A stretch of DNA of 64,000 nucleotides from Trichoplax adhaerens (lineage: Eukaryota; Animalia; Placozoa), in the NCBI RefSeq assembly GCF_000150275.1, contig NW_002060946.1, positions 801,562 to 865,561 of the forward strand. Direction: 5' to 3'. The position numbers were made by a program, and so were the translations under genes. The notes beneath the pieces were generated by a model. It was given only the letters and a program-made list of their open reading frames with translations, was not told the DNA's origin and searched no databases. Positions 27,901 through 41,400 of this stretch are shown here, one piece after another (position 1 is the stretch's first letter; each line of letters opens with the position of its first letter).

Positions 27901-30900
27901 TCTCTGAGTTTATTTGGGTACGCTTCTAAATGACGTAAAGGCTAAAATGGCAAGGAATGTGAATGAAAATTACAAATTTTGAAGCATTAATGATATCAAT
28001 GAATAGCATATTTTTCCTTAGTCCTTACAATGCTAATGCAAGAGGTCACATTTGAGGACGTCTCCATTTTTGGTAACTGCATCTTTTCTAATAACGCATC
28101 CAAAGCTTCCCTGTTAAGGCGAATAAGAAAATGATCAGCTGCTATAAAATTTTAATTACATAATGCTAAAGACACATTACTACGAATGACGAAGTTATAC
28201 CATACGTACTTATTCTGAATAATTGTTGAAGCTGCAACGGGATGACAACTAAAGTAACTTTTATAATTTTCCTCCAACTGTAACAATTATGTTCACTGGT
28301 TTCAATATGCGATAACATCAAGCGACTAAAATTCAATTAATTGGTAAACCTCTTTACGATTTTCCAACAAAAAACTACCAATAGATTGATCATTTTCATG
28401 GAGGCTAGATTAAAGGAACAGAAATATTTACATAGATTAAATAAGATTACGAAAACTAGTAGTATATCCAAAGTGTTAAAGAATGATCAATACTTACGCA
28501 ATATTTTTTGTCAATCTAACAATAAAGGCCTCGTGCAATATTTTAATAGAATCTAGGCTTGTATAAAGGGGTTGAAATTCCCCGGTAAAAATACTAATAT
28601 ATAAATAGTTTTATACAATATTTCCATTAGTCATATTGCATCCAGTCAATTACTCAAATACGCTAAACACTAACCTCCTTTCAGACTTTAACGGTAGTAA
28701 ACACTGCGATAAAATATTCTATAGTCCATACCAAAATTAATTTATCATATTATTTATAAAAATTTTTAATAAAATTATCAAATTTTTTACTAACAAATAG
28801 CATACCTTTAATTCCTGAACGTAAACCTTTTCATTCGAGAGCAAATCCATCACCAACGACTTGTAGTACTGCCCGACTGTCCTGCGCTTTTCTTTATGAT
28901 CTGGAAGTACTGCTATTTGCAGCATTTACGTGAATATCATATATTTATAATCAGGAATCAATAACTAGCAATTACTTAATGCATAGCTTATTCAACAGAT
29001 AGTGACGAAAGGATTATTAATTATCAATGGTAGAATAGGTTGTATTTCTTTATAGTTTGAAAATGTCCTGCTATCCAATCTAACATATACACATATAACA
29101 CTTACTAAAATGGAAAGTACATGCAATCCTATTTATATTTCGAAGTTAAAATTTATAGGATCCTTACGTTTATCACCTAGAACTGCGGATACACCAAGTT
29201 CTTCAGGTTGTTGCTTTGCTATAAAATTTAGGCTTGCAGACTAAAGAAAATAGAGTTTAAAAATCATTATTTAAGGATATATTTACTAATAGACATCATG
29301 TGATTATTGTGCCTTACTGCCGTTATACGTATGCCCGTAAAAGTATCATAATTATAGAATTAGTTATCCTTATAAGATACTAGTGACAAAGTTTACCTTT
29401 CTTCTAAGCAAGTTTTCATTAGAAGCCTAAAAAATACATCAAAAGTATTATTTAACGACACAATATGTATAATTGCTACATAAAAATAATAACAAGCAAT
29501 GAAAAGGTTTACTCGGTATTTTGACGATTCGTCTGTTATTGTATGGCTCATGGTCTATGAAGTATAAACAGTAAATNNNNNNNNNNNNNNNNNNNNNNNN
29601 NNNNNNNNNNNNNNNNNNNNNNNNNNCAATATGAGATTGTATTGATCAAGTGATCGTAACAAAACTACCATTTACGGGTGATTAATACTAACGTCGTTAA
29701 GTTTCTTTTGTAAGATTCTCAGTATCTGTTCAAAATCTTTAACATCAAGGATATATGTCTCGTAGCTTTTATTATCTGTAGCAATAACAACGTTCCCTTA
29801 GTAAATCAATACTTGCCCATACTTGTTTCTACCATAGATACTTGAGGCAAGAATCCTTTAATCAATATATTTTAGTATCCTTCTTGTGATAAAACTAAAC
29901 ATAAAGCAGTCTTACCTCTGATTTCAATAGCACATTTATAGCCATCGCTATTTTCATCAAGCTTAATCACATCATTTACTACAGTAATCCCAAGATCTGG
30001 GGTTATACTAAACGTACCCTAATGAAAGAAATAAGGTTTAAATATGTCTTATTATAAGCTATCATGGGTGTTAGTGCTTAAATCAATTTCTATTCCATGT
30101 ACGCTGGATAAAATTTATTTATAACCTCCAAACAGTATCCTTGAAATCCAGAACCCGCACTAACGAGCACAATCACTTTATCGAATATCAATAAATAGCG
30201 TTCCTTAGCCTAAAATAATATCAAAAAAAGGTAGAACAAAGAATCACAACGGTTGTATCTCCAATGGGTATTTTTTTCGCAATTAAAAAATCTTGTACGG
30301 TTACTATTAGTTAACTCTGTAGCAGAGATAGCAATGGTTGTATATGCTATATAAAAATTAGCAGAAAAGAAGTAAATTTTATAGAAAATATTAAAGTTTA
30401 CAATCTGCTTAGTTTTATTTACAGATACTCTATGTTCAATAATATATCCAGACATTAAAATGATAATAAAACGTATGGCCAACCTCGGCGGCTTTAATCC
30501 ATACAGTGCATATGTAAATTGCTTTTCCGTAGGTGTGCGCTAACTATTTTTAGTTCATATATTTAAAAGCGATTAGATAAATGACAACTAGTATTATTTA
30601 ATCAATCTATAGAGAAAGGTATAATTGCAGCTTACATATTTTCCTTCAAAACCTATCAATTTTTTAGTGACAATATCAATTTCAGTTTCTTTAGCTTTTC
30701 GCAATTTTGTACAAAGATTCTTTATCAAAGTAAAATGGTAAGTACGGTTAAGATGAAGGATGTTTTTGGGTCGATTTATTCCTTAGTAAATTGAATAATA
30801 TCAACTTACAAACAATTCGGAAAATACTACTAACGCATCCCTCAATGCTGCTTTGCATGGATGTCCATCCTATAATTAACAAGATATCAAACGTTTCAAC

Positions 30901-33900
30901 AGTGGTTTTAACATGAATTAAAATAAAAGTATTTCTCTAAGATTGCAGCAGCAATCAAAAGCAATATTAAATAAATAAATACCCTAATGTTTTCTAAGAG
31001 TCCTCCCAGTGCTTTTAGATACGCCTCAAAATGCTTCAAAGGCTATGATAAGAAAAGAACTTTTAATTATAAACGTGTCATAATACGTATTTTAACACGA
31101 ACAAATCATGCTGTTGGTAATTAGTGATATTGCTGAATAATACCATTTCTATGCAGGTAGCAAAGGTTATGCCTTGATGCGTTGGTAATCGCTTATTTTC
31201 TATAAAAGCATCTAACTTAATCCTTAATAAGAGTACAGCCCATTATTAATATAAGATCTATTAAGTAAAGTGACATGTAATGTAACAGTTTAAATGATCT
31301 GTTGGTGCTACCAACACACCTATTCCGTCGTACTAATACCGAAGCGACCGCGAAGTTGATAAAGTAAAATCGGTAAAAAGCTTCGAACTGCAAATGTTGG
31401 TAATAACATAGATTAAAAATATTCGTTAATACAAAGATATGCCAATATGATGTACTGTATAATAACTAGATTGAAAAGTAATCGAAATAATCACCTGACG
31501 CAAATAATTGAGAAAGCAGCTACCAATAGATTGCTCGTTATTGCTGCGCCTATTGCATATAGATTAAAAGAATATTGATTTTATTGCATTTATTATTGAG
31601 TTTAAATTTTATTTGAAAAACTACGCTATAATATAATTTTAATTAACTTTGGTATATAACCCAAGTCTACATTTAAAATTTAGGTCGTGATTGTTGTATT
31701 ACTGGCTTGAACAATAATACTACCGTAGTAAGAATTTCATTAGAAGACGAGTTATCGCTATCAATATATAATACTACAGTTCAAACTTCTATCTCGGTGT
31801 ATATTACCGTAGTAAAATTTTATATGAATACATAACATTTTGCCACTTGAATTAATGAAACTCACGCTGTTTCATCCTTCAATCTTTTCAAAAATCCCTC
31901 ATGTATTTTAATTAATGATTCAAATTTACCGCAAACGGTTTCAGAATCACCAACCGGTAGCCTACAGTAGTTAGTACATCGACACCAATTAATTTAGAAT
32001 AACCATTTGTATTTATTATAGATATATACGATATTATTGATACGTTAACTTACACTTCTTCTTTTTTAAAAGGTATAAAATAATACTGGTAAATGTCCTG
32101 TTGAAAAAACGTACAATAAATACATATACATATATATATATAATAATAATACAATAAAGGTTTACAAAATTACATAGCAAATTAACCTTAACTAATCACT
32201 AACGGCGTCATCACTGGATTACGACGCTCTAATACTTAATGTCAAAAAATTACCCGTAATTTTTCAATAAATTCCTCTTCTTGTTTTACGATATCTCGGA
32301 CAACAATACCATAATATTGGCCAGAAGTATTTTGTCTGGGCAATGTAGACGATCTGACGTTACTCACTTGATTGAAATCAGAAAAGGAAATTATCTATGG
32401 TGAGCTATCATTAAATGGATGCTTGATCTATTAATTATGGAGCCAAATCCAATAAAACTGATATTACCAGAATAACTACTTGATATCTATTGTATTGTTC
32501 TATACAAGCGTAAAAATATGCATTTTAACAATTTCCTCTACTCATAAGTAAATTTAGATACGAAAATCAGTGTACTAGTAACAAAGGTATAATGCTGTCA
32601 ATTTATGTATGACAGATGTCATCTTTTAATTGTTTCAACATAAACTCTTTCCAAACGTAGTAAAGACGTATATTAATAAAACTGGAAAAAGCCATAATTC
32701 AACATTTACTGTGCTGATTGAGAAATACGTTAGCAAAAAAAGATTAAACTTAAACAGTTTACGATTTTAAATCTAGTACATTTTATTTACCAAATAGCAA
32801 TTAGCATTACCTTTAACCTCAGTAACATGATTAGCTGGAAACCATCCATAGCCATCCTTATCACGTAATTTACCCTTCCACCAATCTCTATCAGGTTGCT
32901 AGAAATATCAATATTGTTATATGAAAAGATGTAATTTTATTGTTTATCAAAATATAGAGCTACTAATTTCGACAGTAAGGTAATCACATTAATTATGCTA
33001 CACACGTACACGGGTTCCCATTAATTCATAGTACCGTACAATAGGTAGTATACACTAATTAAATTAAAATCTTTATAGTTATTAAAGGAATGTCGCAAAA
33101 TTATCTTAATCAAAAAAGGCCATCAAATTAAACGAAAATTTCACGAGTCTGTTATATCAAATTAAGTAATAAATGTAATTTATGGATTTGAATTATTATT
33201 TTCTACGTTAACTAAATCACAGTCTTACCTCTATAATTTCAATATAATCTCCCTTCTTAAAGGATAACTAAAACATGAAAGAGAATTATCACATGTAACC
33301 TAATTAACCGTTTATATCATCTACCATCTGGTATCTTCTTCTATTCTAGTACTATGGTCAATGCATTGAATGTTTACAGCGAATAAAGAAGATATTTCAA
33401 AATTCAGATTATCGCAGCACAGAGTGGACTACACCTTTCTTTCTTAATTATACGTGCATAAATAGATGTAATATTACTAGCTTGCGAATCGGTGGGATCA
33501 AAAACCAAAATAGTTCATTACTAGGCAAAATTGCCTGTACTTATTATTATCTTCAAGTTAAAAATTATTACTGTAATAACTATAATATGAAGGCTAAAGA
33601 AAGGCAAATGCAATCATTTCAATATCAGCCTGCCATTTCTTGTCATGTTGATATCAGCATCATCTTATTTAAGAAGCCAATCTTTGAATAGTATCAAACA
33701 AATCTTACATATCTTCGACTTTCTCTCTAATACAATACAGTGCTGTAGAATCAATGCTATTGTAATCTACAGTATACTAGTATGACAAATGTAAGCATTT
33801 GTTGAATTATGATGTTGTATCTACTCGTAGTGATCAACTTTAATATAACATCTAAAAGGAAGCATGAAAAATTGTTGTACACCTTTTACGTTCTATGCGT

Positions 33901-33993
33901 TCGATTAGAACTTACATCACTATTGCTATCAGCACTGTAATCATGTTTCGCTTTAACCAAGCGGCGTTTTCCTTCTTTTTCAATTGATTTCAT
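24901..33993 (-). CDS. ARHGEF7: beta-PIX/alpha-PIX (ARHGEF7/ARHGEF6)-like Rho GEF with architecture SH3-DH-PH-DH-PH-GIT-binding motif
   Basis: The ATG at 33993 begins MKSIEKEGKRRLVKAKHDY. SH3 exons read LSFKKGDYIEIIE and DWWKGKLRDKDGYGWFPANHV. The DH domain starts GQYYGIVVRDIVKQEEEF and ends with the PIX-type CTKLRKAKETEIDI, followed by PH KERYLLIFD. A second DH-PH follows. The C-terminal region has WNVKMLRP and AEDSEVLRLIEMY (compare the PIX GBD EEDAQILKVIEAY). The stop TGA is at 24901-24903. Confidence 0.85.
29577..29626. other. Assembly gap (50 N) inside an intron of the PIX-like gene
   Basis: Run of 50 n characters. Confidence 1.
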
Positions 33994-34749
33994 GATCAGC
34001 TTGGTTAAGCAAGTGTTCTATGATAACCGCTTGTTATTGTTTGTTTTAATTTCCTACTATCATCAATAAGAAGAGTCATTCTAATTAATAGAGGAAGCAG
34101 AATCAACATTTTAAATTGACGGAGAAGTACTGATGTTTATTTTTGTATTTTTACGAGTAAATTATCTTAACGACTATTGTAGTCATTATGTTAAGATAAT
34201 TTTGAAATAATTACAGTACATACTGTATTGTCATCATGATTAAAAATGGATGATTTTGATCAAAGGATAAAACTACGACGTACGTACTTTAGGTAAGCGT
34301 ATACGTCTAATGTGTGAATCCTCTAGTAGGATATCTTGACAATCTAGATACATTTGAAATTGGTATGGAATATAGAATAACACGTTTATTGATTGACAGT
34401 AACATTCAATGGGATGTGATTGAACTTTAGGCATTAGCATGCACAAAATATAATTACTAAGCAGATAATTTAAATTCAACAGTTCTAGAATTGAATACTA
34501 ATCCGATATTCATTATCAATCAAATCATATGCTAATTTAATCTCGTCAAAGTGGAATTACTTTGCAACATGTCGAATTTGTCGATGCGAAGAGCTCGTTG
34601 GATCTGTAGCAAACTACTGTATGCATATCTCGCTAAGCGTCTTTCAATCGACCGATCCGATGCGTCCATTGAAAGACTGTTTTTTTTATCACTGATAATG
34701 AAATGATCGATACTGTACTGTAGTAGCTGAATTGAACGTCTATCTCAAT

Positions 34750-35426
34750 CTTACCCTTCTTTCCGTATAACCGCCCAATTTCAATATTATGTTAACGGTA
34801 AGGATGAAGGAATAGTTTACGTCTTGGACTGGGTTGTCTAATGGAGGAGAGAAATTTGGCAACTTTTTAAAGCCGGTGCAATTTATTTCCCTGCTGGAAC
34901 ATTCATCCAATGCAGTCCACTAGTACACCACTGTACTGTCATATCATAACAGTGGACTCAGCCATTGCAGCTCACCTGCAAAACATGACACGATAACGGT
35001 AAAATCATCTTCTACAGCCAAACACTATTGTCAACAGTGCGGTACAGTACAGTACATTCACCTATGCAGCCGATCATCATATTGTACTGTACTGTACGTA
35101 CAGTATGATGGTATTCAGTTACAGTACTTTGCACTGGTTCCTGGTACGGTAAATGCCATTCGCTTGTGTTGTACTCTGTACCATGGACTCGTGACACAAA
35201 CACTGACAGACAGCCTGAATGCTATTTTTAGCACAGTAATGCCGTTACTGCAGTCACACCAGACGCCGTCAATGGCCCGTCATTCTCTAGGCTGAAACGG
35301 ACGTACCGAACTTTAAACTCACCCGTGTGTGAAAAGCTTTGTCGTGGCAGTAATCGTGTCAGCCCACTCAAGCCACGGGTCCACAAGCTGCCGAAAAAGA
35401 GAGATAACCCATTTGCCAAGTTCAAC
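34750..35426. promoter_or_regulatory. Probable bidirectional promoter and 5' UTRs of the head-to-head PIX-like and AGFG genes
   Basis: The divergent starts lie at 33993 (-) and 35427 (+). GC is locally higher, a likely minus-strand 5'UTR donor lies near 34754, and CAGTA/TACTG tracts occupy 34920-35180. Confidence 0.55.
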
Positions 35427-38400
35427 ATGGCTTCTCAACAGAAGAAACTGGACGAAAATAACTTGAAAATTTTACGAAGCCTCGTCTCACAAGAGCATAA
35501 TAAACGTTGCTTTGAATGTAGACAGCGAGGCCCAACTTATGTTGATGTAACTGTGTACTCGTTTGTCTGTACGATGTGCAGCGGTTTACTGTGAGTATCG
35601 TTTTTGTTTCATGTAATTCGATGCATTCTTTGTACTTGACTCTGTAGAGAGGAGACCACATTCACTCTTCTTCATTGTAGCCTAGCTGTCTTTGACATTT
35701 TCACTGAATTTTCTATTTGCTAACCAGTCAATGCATCATCTGCTTGAATATACAAAACTCATCATTTGCAACTTTGCCTTTTTATTCGTAGACAAGCAAT
35801 ATTCCTTTTATCATAATGTGGTGATAGCTGTAGTTGGAGTTGTTCGTTCTTTTTGAGATTTATGTCTACTCTATCCTGTTATTGCACTTTGATGAAATTT
35901 AAACTTGTAAATCATGACGCTCACCTATGCTGGACCCTAGCGCCATTGATTGATTCTACCCTTTTAACATTTATTCCTCACAATAAGTACATTGGGGGCA
36001 ATCGTGTAGTGCCACTTATTTTGAACGAGTGTTTTATTAATTCAATACCGCACAGCAAACCTTCTCTAAAGTACAATACACTACTGAGCAGTAAAAATTA
36101 AAGTTATATTATATCGTAGTTAACCTATCAATGGCAATATTTCGTAGCATCATCCATTATTTCAACGCTGTCTACTGCGTATGGTGAGCCTTTGCTATTT
36201 AAATTCGTAAAATAGAATACTTTGTATAAAGTAGTGATCTTCATCAAAGTCATAGGGAGGATACCAAGAATTAGCTTATTTAAATTGTACTAGTACTAGA
36301 CTACGCTATCTCGTCCATACATTCACTATTTTTCCATAATAATGATATACAGTCAAAGATACACTATATCGAAACTTTCTTACTACAGCATTACTAAGTC
36401 AATTTTATCGTGTGCTTTATTACGTTCAGTAAGACGTAATTCTTGCTCCCAAAATTGGAATATATCTCGATGAACTTTGATTCGGTCTGAATGTACAGTA
36501 CAGTACCTCATTAAGTTAAACGGAGAAATCCCAAGTTATCTTGAACCGTTATTATGACAACTTGCACTAGTAGAATTAAAATGAACTAGCCTTCTGAAGT
36601 CGTAGACTTAGTAAGTGAATTAAAGCATTGAAATTAGGAATACCACCTAGAATTCCTTTCTCGTTGAAGGAATTCGAGTAAACACTAGCCCTTCCTGTTT
36701 AACTCTTCAGCGGACTTTCAATGACGTCAAAATGGTTGAATATACAGACTGTATACAGTACAGTTTTACAGTCCATACTATGAACATTATTAGTGAATCA
36801 CGCTTTCATTTTGTCAAGCTGGTCTGTGACCCATTCATGATGGTGTGAGAAAAGAAAAATCGGCTAAAATGCCCTGCGTCCTATTTTTATAGATGCTCGA
36901 TCATAAATTCATCATACTTTCGTTCTTTCGTGAATATAAAGTAAAGTTTAAATGAACTAAGGAATGGAATGCGAAATAGGCCCGAGCAAAGTAATGTGTC
37001 ATACTCTACAGTACAGTATGCAATTATCTCACCTTGCCGAAAGTTCAGGAGTCCAGTGCAATATGTACAGTATGTACTGGACAGTACAAAACTAGAGAGT
37101 AATACTATACTAATATTGACAAGTCGTGTGAAGGTTAAAATTAAAATAAAAACAAAACTACACTACAACTGTAACTTCAGTTCATAGCACAATATACAAT
37201 ATTGTAGTATCCGTCTTCCTATAGCCATAGTACAGTACTGTACTGTACAGCGCTTCCATGTGATGTAATTCAACGTACTGTACCATACCGTGCTGTGCCG
37301 TACCATACCGTACCATATCATCCTTATGGTGCTTTCCGCCAAACCCTTCATATTGCCAGTAGAGTTGCTAAAGCAACTTCTCCAGAATGATTTATCGTTT
37401 GATTTCTTCTATTTGACACTATTTTTTAAGTTATCGAGTACATCCAGCGGATTATTTTGCATTTTAAGTTATGCATACCTTAAATAACCATCATATTCTC
37501 ATAACGAGCAAATGCAAATTTAAAATGCTACGGTCGATTCAGCAGTTACTAAGATCTCAAGACCTTCCTATTGGAAGACATGATTCCCATGATGATAATA
37601 TAGAATTATGGAGTAATAGAAGTAAATTTACCAAGAAAGTACTAGTATTACAGCTATACAACGCAGTAATAACTATCTGTATTTCTTGCATATATACGAT
37701 TAGGATTAATCGTTTTGAGTAGATACATTCTTACATCAATAAATGTGCTTTACTCCTAAAGTTATTGACTAAGCAATCAATCACTCATACTATTATAATT
37801 ATACTGCAACATACGTATTGTACTGATTGCTTTCTATCGTGCAATACTCCGAATTACTATAAACCGTAGCAAGATAACGCAGTATACTGTACTTGACCAT
37901 GTATTTCAATGCGTGAAGATGGATAGCATTGTAAATCTATATAAAACTAACTTAATGAATACATCTTTATATTTCTTAAAAATGATTCTATCTGTAGCCG
38001 TGGCCTTAACCCACCTCATCGCGTTAAGTCGATGTCAATGACTAGTTTTTCCGCTGCTGAAATGGACAACATTAAGTCTTACAAAGGGGGCAATTTGGTA
38101 AATTATTTTGTTCGCAGCTTTAGATTTGTAACTTGTATTCTTAATTGAACAGTCTCCAGTACCACTATACACTTGTAAATAAACTTTACGCCTTTGATTG
38201 TAATTAATTCTTACAGTAGCAACTTAAAAAACATTGTTTTCAGAGTTTTCCTATTCGTTACGTTTCAAGTAATACTACAAAATATCAATATTCTGTAATA
38301 TAGTACCATAATCGATACTACACGTACTGTACTTGACGTACATACATGCTATTACATCAGATTTATATGCTAATAATAAATTTTAATGATTGCCCGCTGT

Positions 38401-41400
38401 ATGTATATTCTTACTGTACAAAATGTATTTTAGATTTGAGTTACTATTTATGGTTGGATAATGATTTAATCTATAGCAATCACTTTACGAACGTTCATAC
38501 AAACGTCCTGTAGTGAAACATATTTAGATCAAGCTTTCCAAAGCATACTGTACTTTACTTTTATCATACAAGTATATAAGTTAACGTAGTATCAGTTTTT
38601 GGATGTCCTATTAACAATTACTATCGATAGATCACAAATGCACAATATCTCTTCGTGTGTTCTTCGCGTATAACTCTGCAATGCTTTGGGTAAAATTAGG
38701 CCTGCCAGCGAGTTTGGCTGGGTAAACATGAAATTAAAACTGATGGGCCATTACCAGATGCTAAAGACGAGCAAAAACTCAAAAAATTTTTGGTTTACAA
38801 ATACGAAAAGAAGACATGGTACCTTGACCCTGCTATTGCTTTGAAAGACTTACAAAATCAAGCCGATAGTGAAGTCAAGCCCTTATCTCAATTAGTTGGT
38901 GCTAAAACTACGCCTCTTGTAGTTGCCAATAATATCAATCAGGTAGGACTGCATGACTTGCAGTGATAAGTGGCGCTCAATTGGCAACACAAAGTAACTT
39001 GATTACAATAAGAAGTACGGTTAAAATACCTATTGTTAAATTATTTCCCTTAACTCATTTTATATACGCGGGACTAAAATAAAACTCGAATGTACAGTCA
39101 AGCCCAAAGATTGAAACTAAAGCTCTTGCTCGACCGACTGGAACAACTTCCCCCACTTCTTCCAATTTAGTCGGCACTCAACAACAGAATAGTCAGCCAA
39201 CTGCTGACCCGTTTGGAAATTTTTCAAGTGATCCTTTCGGTTCTAACTCCAATTGTGAGTATAGATTTATTATCATAACCATATAGTAATCTTAAATTAA
39301 CTAATATGATCAGTTACCTTGTTTTGATATACCGGTATGCGACTAGACTTGATGTAACAGTAAGAGAATTTCGATAAGTTAAGACTGTTTTTCTCTTATA
39401 GCCAATGACAACTTTGGCGCGTTCACGCAGTCAGCACCTGGTAAGTAACGATAATAGTCATTTCTAAGTTCCCGTAATGGAACATAAAATATCTGTTTTG
39501 TCATAATTACGCTGTGCGTACTATTTTAATCACAACTTTCACAACAAAGTAATTTCGACAATGGTACTTTTTTGATAGGTTCACAACAAGCCGGAAACGG
39601 TAATATAGTTATAAAGAGTATTGCTTTACCTATAATGCTCTATGTTGATTAACTTAATGATGATAAATTTACTGCTAAATTCGTACGCTCAATTAATTCT
39701 ATAAATTTTAAAACTCTCCTACCGAGCTTAATCTCCTAACAATTTTTAAACAACTTTTGACTTAGCAGTCAGTAACGATTTTGCTAATTTTGGTAGCCAA
39801 CAACCAACACAATCAGGTACAATTTTAGGATTAGGCTATTATCAGCTAGAACTGTGATGACCGAATATGTTATCAGTCTCAACCGCTATAAACTAAATAA
39901 ACCCCCAGCTATATTTATCGAATCATACTATCATATATCATTAGCAAGCCACTTATTGTAGATGTTTGATAATGTGCTGACATTCTATACTAATTCATAA
40001 CTAATGTAATCTTCTAAATTGAATAATCAGCTTACGTAAAAAATATCAGTTAGAGATAACTAAGTAAAAAGCTGACTTACATATACCGATGATACAGTAC
40101 ATAATTCGGTAATACTTTAGTGATAGTGTAAATAACTTCAGCTATTTCTGTTGAGTATAAATTAGTTTGTCAGTGTAACCGCCCGAGGGACTGCTATTAC
40201 GTATATTTCGGTCAGTATTTAAGTCTTATTGGATTATTAATGTTATATATCAATATTAATGATGAATTTATGTCTGCAATAAGTGGATATGATTAGCTAC
40301 AGTTACAATTTAATCAATGATACTGCTTTACTAACAATCTAAGTTAGGAGAAACATCATCATAAAATTGTTTATTTGTTATATTGCAGGTGGGGGATTTG
40401 CTAATTTTGATAGTCAGCCTGCTGCTCAACCAGGTATAGACTTTGTGGTACTGTATACCTAAAAAGAACGGTTGTAACTTTATCCTATATACTGTATACT
40501 AAAACATCATCATAAAATTTTTTATTTGTTATATTGCAGGTGGCGGATTTGCTAATTTTGATAGCCAGCCTGCTGCTCAACCAGGTATAGACTTTTTGGT
40601 ACTGTATAGCTAAAAAGAACGATTGTAACTTTATCCGATATACTGTATACTAACGATACAGGAATCTAATTAAGCCTTTTACCTATTTTTTAGCTAATAA
40701 CGACTTCACTAACTTTGTGAGTCACACTTCAACTCAACCAGGTAAAAGTCATCATTGTACCGTATATTTGTTATTTCTAGAATAGTACAATATCATAGAC
40801 AGTTGCGCTATTCAAACTTGCTTAATTGAATTTTAAGCACATGTATATAAATCGTTGCCTTATTTAGTAAACAATCAGTTCGCATCATTTGGCAGTCAAC
40901 CACAAAACAACGATTCCACTTCGTCAACGTCAGGTAAATTAGTTAGGTAGCTATCTCTTTTGTAAGACGTAGAGTTAATTCTTATGGCATTTGCATAATA
41001 GGTGGAAAATCAGCTTACGATATTTTCAGACAAGGCGGATCAACAGATACAGTGTCTGGTTAGTAATAAAATTCAAGATTTTTGGTAATGAATCTCCTTC
41101 TGAAGAACACTTAAAATTTATTTTATCTGAAATTTATTATCTTAAAATTTTTAACGTAGTTATTATTTGTCTTACTTTAATTCAATGTAAAAATCTCACT
41201 TAGAAACTAATTCTGGGACTGCAACACCTGTTCTGCAAAGTAAGCGATAGGATGTGTAAATATTATGAAATGTCAACAAAATTTAAAATATTTTAAATCG
41301 TGGGATCGTTTACATAGGCAATACTAATGCTCCCGCTTCTCAACCTACGCCGAGTAATACAACAACGACTACAAATGATGATAGATATGCAGCTATTTCT

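Noticed and set aside
26414-28909. Second DH-PH module as a haplotype or assembly duplicate caused by the N gap
   Set aside because: The two modules are strongly diverged in protein and intron sequence, so they are not allelic, and the linker exons stay in frame.
33993-35427. Functional pairing of PIX with the adjacent ArfGAP, as in PIX-GIT complexes
   Set aside because: The neighbour is AGFG-type, with no ankyrin or Spa2-homology domains, so it is not GIT. Adjacency alone is not evidence of interaction.
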